NCBI RefSeq assembly: GCF_002237645.1
Contig: NZ_MJUZ01000016.1
Span: forward strand, 15 to 64,014
Reading direction: 5' to 3'
DNA length: 64,000 nt
DNA from: Desulfovibrio sp. MES5
GTDB lineage: Bacteria; Desulfobacterota; Desulfovibrionia; Desulfovibrionales; Desulfovibrionaceae
The stretch's first letter is position 1. Each line of letters begins with the position of its first letter. Position numbers and translations under genes: made by a program. Of the stretch, positions 52,282-61,179 are shown in pieces. A model generated the notes under the pieces. The model did no database searches. It was given only the letters and a program-made list of their open reading frames with translations, and had not been told where the DNA came from.

Positions 52282-52426
52282 GGACAGTGTCGTCACAAGC
52301 CCCTTTCCAGTTATTTCTGGTCGAGCTTCGCCTTTTATTCCGGTCGAGCACCATCCGAGTACACTCCCTGCTTAAAAGGCCGTTCTCCTTGATATGACTG
52401 GAAATTCATCTTGTGACGACACTGCC
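52282..52426 (+). mobile_element. 145-bp foldback MITE-like element B1 with 17-bp terminal inverted repeats
   Basis: GGACAGTGTCGTCACAAG ... CTTGTGACGACACTGCC. No ORF. About 85% identical by eye to the reverse complement of 55911-56056. Confidence 0.6.
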
Positions 52427-52664
52427 TAAAACCTTTACTGTATTTTACAATGCTGCAAAGTTTTTGTGATTTAGAGCAGGGGTTCAAGAAACAGCGTCTT
52501 CCGCATCATGCCATCGCACCAGTTATTTGCCGTTACGGACGTTTTATTATCATAACGCACATGCCCTTTGAGAATACATGTTCTCAAAGGGCATGGCACG
52601 CCGCTGCAGCCGAGCAGCCGCCCGGCATCACGCCATAAATCACGCCAAAGGCCGCCAGCACAGA

Positions 52665-53447
52665 TCAGGCGGCCTTCATGCGTTTTTGCACGAGGGTGAC
52701 GGCAGCGCTGGCGCCAAGGGCCGCTGCTGTGGCCAGCACATAGCACAGCCATAGCGGCAGACGCTCCACAAGAGCCATGACAATGGCCGCAAAGGCTATG
52801 CAGCCAAACCATCCGGCCATGAGCCCCCTGTATATGCGCACCACTGCCCCTGCCCCCTGCGTTGCGTGTATAAAGGGCACCATGGCGCAGATCATCACAG
52901 GAAAGAACATCAGCACGCCGCTCCAGCCCGCCCCAAGCCAGTGGGCCACCTCGGTGACGACATAGACCAGCAGCGAACCAAAGCCCATCTGGGCGGCAAT
53001 AAGCCACCAGCGCGAGTGCTGGGGCTGCGCGGCCTCCGGGGAGTCTTGCCGGGGCAGGCAGACCAGCACCAGCAGGGGCGACAGCAGGGAAAGCGCAAAG
53101 GCGGCCAGGGGCCAATAGGGCAAGAACTGCACAAGCCAGCCGCCCAGAAAATAAATGCCTAGCGAAAGACCGATGGCCAGATACCAGGGGATGCCCAGCA
53201 CAGCCAGCCAGGGATAGGCCACAGCGGCCAGCCCGTTGGCGTCGATGCCGAGCAGTGTGTTGTACGAGGCCTGCGCCGAAAAGGCCGTCCCCTGCTCAAG
53301 AGTCAGAAAAAAGGACAAGGGGCCGGAAACCACGGGCAAACCAGCCGCCACGCCCCCGACAAAAGCTCCCCACCGGCGGGTGATGAGCATACAGATCAAC
53401 ACCAGCAGGGGCGTTATGATCAGCTTGAATGCAAGAATCCCGTTCAC
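52665..53447 (-). CDS. Polytopic inner-membrane protein, family not recognised
   Basis: About 8 hydrophobic helices. Start set to GTG 53447, 6 nt after GGAG; the track ORF begins at TTG 53531. Confidence 0.5.
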   Translation of the reverse strand: MNGILAFKLIITPLLVLICMLITRRWGAFVGGVAAGLPVVSGPLSFFLTLEQGTAFSAQASYNTLLGIDANGLAAVAYPWLAVLGIPWYLAIGLSLGIYFLGGWLVQFLPYWPLAAFALSLLSPLLVLVCLPRQDSPEAAQPQHSRWWLIAAQMGFGSLLVYVVTEVAHWLGAGWSGVLMFFPVMICAMVPFIHATQGAGAVVRIYRGLMAGWFGCIAFAAIVMALVERLPLWLCYVLATAAALGASAAVTLVQKRMKAA

Positions 53448-53563
53448 AGCACGCTCCGTCGCAGGAATACCCCGTCCAATAAAGACGGCGTCATGGCACA
53501 AGCAGAAGCCATAACGCCGCCCCCAATGCAAGGCAAGAGGAATGACAGAGCGAAGTCATAAAC

Positions 53564-54670
53564 TCAGGGCCGGGCATACCCGCCCGCGACGCCTCCCGGA
53601 CTCAATACAAGCTGCCACAGTTGCAGGTCACGCGCGCGAAAAGCTCCAGCGCAACTCAACAGGTAGTACAAGAACATGCGGCTTTGTCGTTCACTGCACT
53701 GAAACCTGCCTTCTTTTCTTCCCCTGATGAAGTTGTCGGCCCAGCATACGAGCGTCCTGTCATAATCCGCGCCAAAGTTGTGCCAGTCTTCCATTACAAA
53801 GCGGCCTTCAGAGCATTTTCCCAAAAGGGAAATGCTGGGCAGGATGCCGTTTTTGAAAATATACTTTTCTATCCAGGGGTCCACACTGTGATGGGGCTCG
53901 TTGGTCCCGATGGTGTGCAGCAAGAAAAGACCGTCCTCTGCCAGCAGACTGCGCACCTTGTCCATAAAGACGGCGTAATTCTTGTGCCCCACATGCTCGA
54001 ACATCCCGACGGAAACAATACGGTCATAGGTACCTGTAAGGGCGCGGTAATCCTGCAACAGCCAGCGCACGTCCAGACCCTGGCTGCGTTCACGCGCATA
54101 CTGGGCCTGAGCCCTTGAAACCGTCACTCCGGTAACGCTTACGTCATACTCGCGTGCCATATACCTTCCGAGCCCGCCCCAGCCGCAGCCGATGTCAAGA
54201 ACGCGCATGCCTGGCCGTAACATGAGCTTGCGACAAATCATGTCCATCTTCTGCCGCTGCGCCGCTTCAAGCGTGTCTACCCCCTGCCAGAAGGCGCAAC
54301 TGTACTGCATTGAGGTGTCGAGCATGGCTTCAAACACGTCATTGCCGAAATCATAGTGATGTACCGCCACCATGTGCGCGCGGTCGGGGCTTTGAAGATT
54401 GCGGAACAGGTAGGAGACAAGCTCAAGCAGGACAGGCAGTGTAAAACGGAAGCGCCTTTCAAGCCCCCCGCGTAAAACCTTGCAGAAGAACTGATCCAGG
54501 GCCTTGCAGTCCCACCAGCCTTCCATATAGGCCTCGCCCAGCCCAAGGTTGGCAAAGCGCAGAACGCGGCCATACAATTTGTTGTTGTGAACCTGAATAT
54601 CCCAGGGACGGGGGCCGTCTATGGAGACATCAACCGAAGCAAGCATTTTCTTAATGTCTGATTCGCACAT
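53564..54670 (-). CDS. cfa: Cyclopropane-fatty-acyl-phospholipid synthase
   Basis: GEAYMEGWWDC, HYDFGNDVFEAMLD, SAM motif VLDIGCGWGG, MFEHVGHKNY. Start moved to ATG 54670. Confidence 0.9.
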   Translation of the reverse strand: MCESDIKKMLASVDVSIDGPRPWDIQVHNNKLYGRVLRFANLGLGEAYMEGWWDCKALDQFFCKVLRGGLERRFRFTLPVLLELVSYLFRNLQSPDRAHMVAVHHYDFGNDVFEAMLDTSMQYSCAFWQGVDTLEAAQRQKMDMICRKLMLRPGMRVLDIGCGWGGLGRYMAREYDVSVTGVTVSRAQAQYARERSQGLDVRWLLQDYRALTGTYDRIVSVGMFEHVGHKNYAVFMDKVRSLLAEDGLFLLHTIGTNEPHHSVDPWIEKYIFKNGILPSISLLGKCSEGRFVMEDWHNFGADYDRTLVCWADNFIRGRKEGRFQCSERQSRMFLYYLLSCAGAFRARDLQLWQLVLSPGGVAGGYARP

Positions 54671-55009
54671 AACTGACACTCCATATTGACTTTGATGGCA
54701 GCAGGCGTGCAAAACCTGCGCATAAAGAAAATATTTTCGCGAGTTACGCAACTTGAATTCAGCGCACGATGTGAGCTCAGATAAAGACTACTGCCATTTT
54801 TTTTCAAAGACAATAGTGCGTATATTTCATTTATGTTAACTATATCGGCACTATCCCATGCACGCCCCTCCTTCAAGAGTTTACAATAACCTCACGTAAC
54901 ATTTAGCAATCGCAGGCATGAGCACAAAAAATTTACGATGATGTGGTGCCCGGCAGACTCTGCCTTTGACATTTCAGCTTCAAACCAGAACACACCTTGT
55001 AACATGCCG

Positions 55010-55139
55010 GAGCATTTAACACTTGAAATGCTCGCTTACGGCAGGCCAAAGCCTGCCAGTTCGCATTTCGTGGCAGGGATTTTCTGAAAAAATCCTTGCA
55101 GAGTGGTCAACTCATTTCATCCGTAAACTGCTCTAAAAC
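55010..55139 (-). repeat. About 130-bp structured dispersed element, copy C2 (upstream of cfa, same orientation as cfa)
   Basis: Its reverse complement aligns to 51377-51505, sharing GTGTTTTAGAGCAGTTTACGG...GCCACGAAATGCG...ATTTCAAGTGTTAAATGCTC. Directly abuts palindrome copy A5. Confidence 0.8.
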
Positions 55140-55144
55140 ACGTT

Positions 55145-55217
55145 AAAAGTTTTAGGGGGTCGGGGCGTGGGGGAGGCGACCCTTTTGCAAAAGGGTCCCT
55201 CCCCCACAAAGCATTCC
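55145..55217 (-). repeat. Dispersed GC-palindrome element, copy A5
   Basis: Tail AAAAGTTTTAGGGGGTCGGGGC, core GTGGGGGAGGCGACCCTTTTGCAAAAGGGTCCCTCCCCCAC (55167-55207), head AAAGCATTCC. Confidence 0.9.
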
Positions 55218-55344
55218 AGAACTAAAATACTCTCCCCTGCTGCCCGGCAATAATGCCAAAAAAACGCCAGCGCGGGGACGGTGCGGCAAGGCCGCTTGCG
55301 TCCGCCGCGCCGGAAACCGACAGGCAGAAAAAGGCTGTGACAGC

Positions 55345-55851
55345 CTACAATATTTTCGTGTGCGCCAGATGCCGCGTCACCTTTAAGAGGTCAGCGCCGT
55401 AGAACCACCACACAAGCCCCACAACACAAAGCAAAAAGCAGTATTCCCCCAGGCTGCCTGTAGAGCACAGCTTGAGCGAAAACTTGTTGCTGCGTGAAAA
55501 GGGCGTAAGGGGCACGCCCGATGGCGTCAGCATGTCCAGAACCACGTGACTGAGGCCGCCGAAGCCCAGCCCCATCAGTACGTCACGCCCCATGGGGCCG
55601 AGTTGCAGGCCGGGCACCGCAAAAGCAACCGCACACACGGCCAGCCACCAGCCAAACCAGTGGGTGGTTCCCCTGTGTACGGCATTGAATATTTTTTGCC
55701 TCCCGCGTCTGGTGGGGGCAAGGCCCGCCATGCGCTGGTCCAGCACGTCGGGCATGACAGCCCCGACGCAGGCCGCCGCCACTCCGGCAACGGGCAGATG
55801 CAGGGCCAGGGCCGCAGCTACGGCCGTGGCCTGATGGGTTATCCACTTCAT
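55345..55851 (-). CDS. YdjM-like (DUF457) membrane-bound metal-dependent hydrolase family protein
   Basis: 168 aa. MKWITHQATA..., HRGTTHW, LSHVVLDMLTPSGVPL motifs typical of DUF457. Confidence 0.7.
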   Translation of the reverse strand: MKWITHQATAVAAALALHLPVAGVAAACVGAVMPDVLDQRMAGLAPTRRGRQKIFNAVHRGTTHWFGWWLAVCAVAFAVPGLQLGPMGRDVLMGLGFGGLSHVVLDMLTPSGVPLTPFSRSNKFSLKLCSTGSLGEYCFLLCVVGLVWWFYGADLLKVTRHLAHTKIL

Positions 55852-55910
55852 GAATAATCCTGAGAGAGAATGTTACCTTTGAGATATGTCCTCAAAAAGA
55901 ACCCGCCCCA

Positions 55911-56056
55911 GACAGTGTTGTCACGAGATGAATTTCCAGTCATATCAGGGAGAACGAACCTTTTATGCAGGAAGTGCACTCTGATGGCGCCCGAGCGGAA
56001 TAAAAGGCGAAGTTCGACGCAGAAATAACTGGAAAGGCGCTCGTGACGACTCTGTC
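55911..56056 (-). mobile_element. Foldback MITE-like element B2 (inverted copy of B1)
   Basis: GACAGTGTTGTCACGAG ... CTCGTGACGACTCTGTC. Its right end abuts or overlaps the nrdJ stop codon at 56056-56058. Confidence 0.6.
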
Positions 56057-58368
56057 TACCCGCAGCGGGAAAAGCCGCATGCAGGGCAGATCAGGCAACC
56101 TTCCTGAAAAACAAGTTTTTCGCCGCAGTCGGGGCAGCAGTTGGCGGCCAGATCACTGACAGTATCCACAACCTCATCTTTCAGGTAGCGCTGCTCCAGC
56201 ACCCAGGCAATGGCGTCAGGAATGGAAAGCAGCAGGCCCTTGCCGCGAAATACGGGATGTTCGCCGCCGATGCCCTTGATCTGCGCCACAACGTCGCGCA
56301 CATGCACGCCGGAGCGCAGCGCCAGAGAAACAAGGCGGCCTATGGCCTCGGCCTTTGCGGTAATGGAGCGGCCGGATTTGCCAATGGTGGCAAAGACCTC
56401 AAAGGGTCTGCCATCCACCTCATTGACTGTAAGATACATGGCCCCAAGGCCCGTTTGCACCTTGCGGGTGAAGCCCTGCACCTCGTCGGGACGCTTGCGC
56501 ACCATAGAAGAAGGAGCCGCGATAGGTGAAGCGGCGGCAGGCGCGCTGCCCTGCTGCCCGGACGTGCCCGCTTCGGGCGCGGATTCGCCGTCCATTTTCT
56601 TCTGTCCCTCGCCAGTGGCGAGCACCTGAATGCTCTTGCAGCCGTCGCGGTATACGGTGACGCCCTTGCAGCCTTCCTGATACGCCAGCCAGTATATTTC
56701 GCGGATGTCCTGCTCTGTGGCGCTGTTGGAAAGATTGACGGTTTTGGACACGGCATTGTCCGTGTGGCGCTGAAAGGCCGCCTGCATGCGCAGATGCCAC
56801 ACCGGCGTTATATCCATAGCGGTCACAAAGACCTTGCGCAGGGGGGCGGGCAGATAGTCCATGCCCTGGATGGAGCCCCTGGCCACCACCGCGTCCATCA
56901 GCTCATGGCTGAACAGGCCCCCGTTCTCAAGCGCTTCCGCAAAATGCGGATTCACTTCCACAAGGCGTTCGCCGTCCAGAATATTGCGTGTAAAGCACAG
57001 GGCAAAAAGCGGTTCCACGCCGGACGAGCAGCCAGCGATGATGGAGAGCGTGCCCGTAGGCGCAATGGTGGTTACCGTGGCGTTACGGTACGGCCCAAGC
57101 TTGCGGCGTCCATACACAGAGGTTTCGTAGGCCGGGAAGGGCCCGCGCTCCTGGGCCAGCAGGGCCGACGCCTTGTGCCCTTCATCCTGCACAAAGGCCA
57201 TGAGCCGCTCGCCAAGGTCAATGCCCTGTTGCGAATCATAGGCCACGCCAAGCTGAAAGAGCAGGTCGGCAAAACCCATAACGCCCAGGCCGATCTTGCG
57301 GTTTTTGCGCACGGTTTCGCTGATGCGGTCAAGGGGAAAGCGCGAGGCGTCAATGACATTGTCGAGAAAGCGCACCGCCAGATGTACGGCATGGCGCAGT
57401 TCGTCCCAGTCTATGCCCTTGGCGACAGGATCCGCATCGTTTTCGTGCCCGGGAACATAAAAACAGGAAAGATTGATGGAACCCAGGTTGCAGGCCTCAA
57501 AGGGCAGCAGAGGCTGCTCGCCGCAGGGGTTGGTTGATTCTATGTCGCCCTGGTCAGGCGTTGGGTTGTCGCGGTTGATGCGGTCCAGAAAGACAATGCC
57601 GGGGTCGCCCGACAGCCAGGCCTTGCGCACCAGCAGGTCAAAAACCTCGCGCGCGGGCAGGCGCTTCATGACCTCGCCGTTGTTGGGGGACACAAGATCA
57701 TACTGCTCGTCCCGCTCCACAGCCTGCATGAAGGCTTCAGTCAGCCCCACGGAAAGATTGAAGTTATTGAATTCGCCTTCTTTTTCCTTGGCGCCGATGA
57801 ATTCAAGAATATCCGGATGGTCCACCCGCAGGATGCCCATGTTGGCTCCGCGCCGGGTGCCCCCCTGCTTTATCTGCTCCGTGGCGGTATTGAAGATGCG
57901 CAAAAAGGACACTGGGCCGGAAGCCACGCCGCCGGTGGAGCCTACCCGGCTGTCTTTGGGGCGCAGCCGAGAAAAGGAAAAACCGGTGCCGCCGCCGGAC
58001 TTGTGGATCATGGCCGCGTACTTGACGGCGTCAAAAATTTCTTCAATGGAGTCGCCCACCGGCAGCACAAAGCAGGCGGAGAGCTGCCCAAGGTCTGTGC
58101 CCGCGTTCATGAGCGTCGGCGAGTTGGGCAGAAACTTCCAGCTGGTCATGAGATCATAAAAATCGCGGGCCAACTGCCCACTCTTCTTGCTGGAGCCCTC
58201 GTACTTTTCTTCTTCAACGGCAATGGCGGCTGCCACGCGCCAAAAAAGATCGCGTGGAGTTTCGACGATCTGTCCGTCCGGTTTTTTGCGCAGATAACGC
58301 TTTTGCAAAACGACTTCGGTATTGGGCTTCAACTGTGGCTCAGGGAGATCTTTGGGCTGTGCGAGCAT
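56056..58368 (-). CDS. nrdJ: Class II (adenosylcobalamin-dependent) ribonucleotide reductase
   Basis: About 770 aa. Active-site region STNPCGEQPLLPFEACNLGSINL and a C-terminal Cys4 zinc ribbon (CPDCG...CPACG). Start uncertain (ATG 58368 or 58425, TTG 58452). Confidence 0.9.
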   Translation of the reverse strand: MLAQPKDLPEPQLKPNTEVVLQKRYLRKKPDGQIVETPRDLFWRVAAAIAVEEEKYEGSSKKSGQLARDFYDLMTSWKFLPNSPTLMNAGTDLGQLSACFVLPVGDSIEEIFDAVKYAAMIHKSGGGTGFSFSRLRPKDSRVGSTGGVASGPVSFLRIFNTATEQIKQGGTRRGANMGILRVDHPDILEFIGAKEKEGEFNNFNLSVGLTEAFMQAVERDEQYDLVSPNNGEVMKRLPAREVFDLLVRKAWLSGDPGIVFLDRINRDNPTPDQGDIESTNPCGEQPLLPFEACNLGSINLSCFYVPGHENDADPVAKGIDWDELRHAVHLAVRFLDNVIDASRFPLDRISETVRKNRKIGLGVMGFADLLFQLGVAYDSQQGIDLGERLMAFVQDEGHKASALLAQERGPFPAYETSVYGRRKLGPYRNATVTTIAPTGTLSIIAGCSSGVEPLFALCFTRNILDGERLVEVNPHFAEALENGGLFSHELMDAVVARGSIQGMDYLPAPLRKVFVTAMDITPVWHLRMQAAFQRHTDNAVSKTVNLSNSATEQDIREIYWLAYQEGCKGVTVYRDGCKSIQVLATGEGQKKMDGESAPEAGTSGQQGSAPAAASPIAAPSSMVRKRPDEVQGFTRKVQTGLGAMYLTVNEVDGRPFEVFATIGKSGRSITAKAEAIGRLVSLALRSGVHVRDVVAQIKGIGGEHPVFRGKGLLLSIPDAIAWVLEQRYLKDEVVDTVSDLAANCCPDCGEKLVFQEGCLICPACGFSRCG

Positions 58369-58548
58369 GGGAATGATAACCTTGTCTTGAAGTTGTGCAG
58401 GGCAAAAACGGTCCTGCGGGACCATGGCCGAGTATACACGCTTGGAGGGCAAATAAAACCCCCCGTGCCCTAACGCTCAGAAATAACAGTCTGAATTAAA
58501 TGACTATACATACTGATAGATATTTTTATTAAGAGCGATTCTCCATAC

Positions 58549-58591
58549 AAAAAACCCCCACAAAGCGCACGGGGGGCACGTCTTGTGGGGG
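58549..58591 (-). terminator. Intrinsic terminator of the Rsm22-like gene
   Basis: On the minus strand, CCCCCACAA ... TTGTGGGGG (9-bp stem) is followed by TTTTTT. Lies 24 nt after the stop at 58615. Confidence 0.8.
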
Positions 58592-58614
58592 TTGGTCCTG
58601 CGTAAAAAATAGAT

Positions 58615-61179
58615 TTACGCTTTTTTTCTACCCTTTCCGCCACGCCCTTGCGGCCTGCCGGAGTTACGCGGGGAAAATGGCCGATGCGGAGCCGGAGCAG
58701 CCGGACGGCCCGGATGAGTCGGGCGGGCCGGATGGGCCGAACGCGCCGAGGGGGCCGAAGGAGCAGAACCAGGCCCGGCATGTGACGCCGCCCCAGAACC
58801 AGGCCGCCGCACAATGCGCGCGCCGCTCTTGGCGTCGCGTCGTGCATCCGGGGACACCTGCACCTCAAGCAGACTACCGGACGGCAGCCCTTCGGCATCT
58901 TCCAGCAATAACAGGCCACAGGCGGCACAGGCATAGCGCCCACGGCCCGCAAGACCGGGAACGTCAAAAGCCGCTGTGAGCACACGGGCCTTCATGCTTC
59001 CTGAAGTTTTGCGTCCCTGCTCCTGGCCGGCCGCAACTTCTGGAGCCGCTACGGGCGAAAGCAGGAGCGGCGCAAGGCTCAGACCGCTTTTGCCAAGTCC
59101 GGCATCAGCGGAAAGGTCCTCAAGCCATCTGGGCGCGTCTTCACTGCCAAAGGTAAAGTGACACCAGGTGCGCCCCCCCTGACCGCTCAGCAGCGGACAG
59201 GCCGCCTGATGCGGGCACGGGGCCAGGGCCGTAAGGCCGCCCTCCACTGCCAGATGGCGCAGGTCCATAATGGTGGAACCGCCCAAACGCGTGCCGGGTT
59301 CCACAAAAAGCAGGTTCGGGCCTGCAGGCGGCCCCTCCGCGCCGTCCGTGGCGGGACGGCCATGGCTGCGGAACAGCGGTGCAAGCGCGTCCAGAAAACG
59401 CGCGAGCCGCTCCTGACGGCAATCATCGGGCCGCTCGTCCGGGTCTGCAGACTGGCCTGAATCGGCGCGCCCATCCACATCGGGATCATCCATCCCTCCC
59501 ATCAGGAGGGCATCGTCATCGTCGTAGGAATCAAGAGCGCTGGCGCGCCCGCTTTTTTTGCCGAAACGCAATTCATTGAGCACATTGGCGGCGCTGACCA
59601 GCCAGGGTCGTGCCTGCCCTCCGGCCAGCAACGGCGCGGCCTGACGCGCTGCCTGTTCCAGCGGCGCCCGCACGGTCTGCACCTGCCAGGGCTGATGGAA
59701 TGTCAGGGCTGCCACTTCATGCAACAGGCTGCGTCCCAGTTCCAGCGGCTGCGAGGAACTGTCCAGAGCCAGCACCTGAATGGGAGCCTGCCGCCATTCG
59801 GGGCGGGCCAACCACAGGGCCAAAGGCAGGGTCAGCGGCCCGGAGCCCACATCGAGCAGCAGAGCCTTGCCGCCCTGAGACGCGACGGTCTGCGGGTCAG
59901 GCAGGGGCATTGCCGCCAGCAGGCGGGTGAGCCGCACCAGATTCCAGGGCAGAAAATAGTACAGATACGCGCTGACAAAGGCCGGGGTACTCCAGTAGGG
60001 GCGGTCAAGGGCCGCCCGCTCGGTCGTGAGCAGGCGCGACAGCCGGGCTATGTCGTCAGGCAGAGAACGGCGATGGGCCGCGCTCAGGGGCCACACTCGG
60101 GCCAGCACTTTTGGCAGCTGGTCAAGAATGGCGCGCGCCTCTTCCGTCAAAGGCGGAAACAGCGGCATTGCTCCCTTCCAGGCATTGCCGGAGGTGATTG
60201 CCGGACGCGGAGCACGGGCCGATGCGAATTCCCGCCCATCCCTGTTGGAGCCATCCCTGTTGCGTCCGTCCCTATTAAACCCATCCCTGTTGCGTTCGTC
60301 CCTGTTGAAGCCATCTCTGTTTCTATTCTGACCATCAGCGCGCTCAAAAGCATTCCTTGCGCCGGGTCTTCCTTCGGCAGGCGCGCCCCTTCTGCCGGAG
60401 CGCGGCGCGTCAGAGCGTGGCCTGTCAGAATGCGGCGGACGCGGCCCGTTGTCCTTGCCCCTTCCCCTGCCTGTATTCTGACCCCAGTTCTGGTCTCTGT
60501 CCTGATCTTTATTCCGTCCCCTGTTCTGGTCTCTGTTCTGATCTCTGTCCTGGCCCCTATGCTGACTCCGATTCGAGTCACGCCCCTCGTTGGACCAGTT
60601 TTTGTCAGACCCGTTTTTGCCGGGTCTGCCCTTGTCCTGCTCATATTTTTTGGGCTCATATTTTTTGGCCCCGGATTTTTCGGGCCAAGCCTTTTCGGGT
60701 CTGCCTGTGTCCGCGTGGGATTTGTCCGGACGGCTTCTGTCGGGCCGGGAATGGCCATCGCCACTCTTGTCCTGGTTGGGCCTACCGCTGCGCGAGCCGC
60801 CGGGCTTGCCCGCTCCTGCCCTGTCGGGCCGGGAATGACCTTCGCCGCCCTTGTCCTGATTTGGCCTGCCGCTGCGCGAGCCGCCGGGTTTACCCGCTCC
60901 TGCCCTGTCGGGCCGGGAATGACCTTCACCGCCCCTATCATTGCCGGGTCTGCCACTGCGCGAGTCGCCGGGTTTGCCGCCGGGCTTGCCGCCGGAACGG
61001 GGTGCGCCTGGACGCCCAGGCCTGTCTGCTGGCCTGTCCGCGGATTTGTCCGTTGACCTGTCTGCTGACCTGTCCCTGTCGGCGGGCCTTTTCGCAGGTC
61101 TGTCTGCGGGCTTTTCACGGGAGGCTTCGCCGTTGCGGGAACGGTCCGGACGCGGTTTTTTTCTTTGCTGATCTGACAT
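58615..61179 (-). CDS. Rsm22/METTL17-like class I SAM methyltransferase with ~330-aa repetitive disordered N-terminus and basic C-terminal tail
   Basis: SAM motif LLLDVGSGPLT, family-typical Cys block CPHQAACP...WCHFTF. N-terminus is R/D/G/N/P/K-rich with tandem repeats. The ATG directly follows the upstream TAA. Confidence 0.75.
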   Translation of the reverse strand: MSDQQRKKPRPDRSRNGEASREKPADRPAKRPADRDRSADRSTDKSADRPADRPGRPGAPRSGGKPGGKPGDSRSGRPGNDRGGEGHSRPDRAGAGKPGGSRSGRPNQDKGGEGHSRPDRAGAGKPGGSRSGRPNQDKSGDGHSRPDRSRPDKSHADTGRPEKAWPEKSGAKKYEPKKYEQDKGRPGKNGSDKNWSNEGRDSNRSQHRGQDRDQNRDQNRGRNKDQDRDQNWGQNTGRGRGKDNGPRPPHSDRPRSDAPRSGRRGAPAEGRPGARNAFERADGQNRNRDGFNRDERNRDGFNRDGRNRDGSNRDGREFASARAPRPAITSGNAWKGAMPLFPPLTEEARAILDQLPKVLARVWPLSAAHRRSLPDDIARLSRLLTTERAALDRPYWSTPAFVSAYLYYFLPWNLVRLTRLLAAMPLPDPQTVASQGGKALLLDVGSGPLTLPLALWLARPEWRQAPIQVLALDSSSQPLELGRSLLHEVAALTFHQPWQVQTVRAPLEQAARQAAPLLAGGQARPWLVSAANVLNELRFGKKSGRASALDSYDDDDALLMGGMDDPDVDGRADSGQSADPDERPDDCRQERLARFLDALAPLFRSHGRPATDGAEGPPAGPNLLFVEPGTRLGGSTIMDLRHLAVEGGLTALAPCPHQAACPLLSGQGGRTWCHFTFGSEDAPRWLEDLSADAGLGKSGLSLAPLLLSPVAAPEVAAGQEQGRKTSGSMKARVLTAAFDVPGLAGRGRYACAACGLLLLEDAEGLPSGSLLEVQVSPDARRDAKSGARIVRRPGSGAASHAGPGSAPSAPSARSAHPARPTHPGRPAAPAPHRPFSPRNSGRPQGRGGKGRKKA
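60236..60325 (-). repeat. About 30-bp in-frame tandem repeats encoding (NRDGF/NRDER)-type units
   Basis: Plus strand CCATCCCTGTTGCGTYCGTCCCTRTTRAAS occurs twice with partial units either side. Translated as NRDGFNRDERNRDGFNRDGRNRDGSNRDG. Confidence 0.8.
60737..60985 (-). repeat. 84-bp in-frame tandem repeat, about 3 units (28-aa unit GEGHSRPDRAGAGKPGGSRSGRPNQDKG)
   Basis: Units start at 60737, 60821 and 60905 (exact 84-bp phase). Units 1 and 2 are nearly identical. Confidence 0.9.

Noticed and set aside
58490-58530. Possible NrdR box(es) upstream of nrdJ (CTATACATACTGATAG)
   Set aside because: Only the outer 4 bp are palindromic, and I could not find the expected second box at about 31-bp spacing. 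The match to the ACACWATATWTWGTGT-type consensus is weak.
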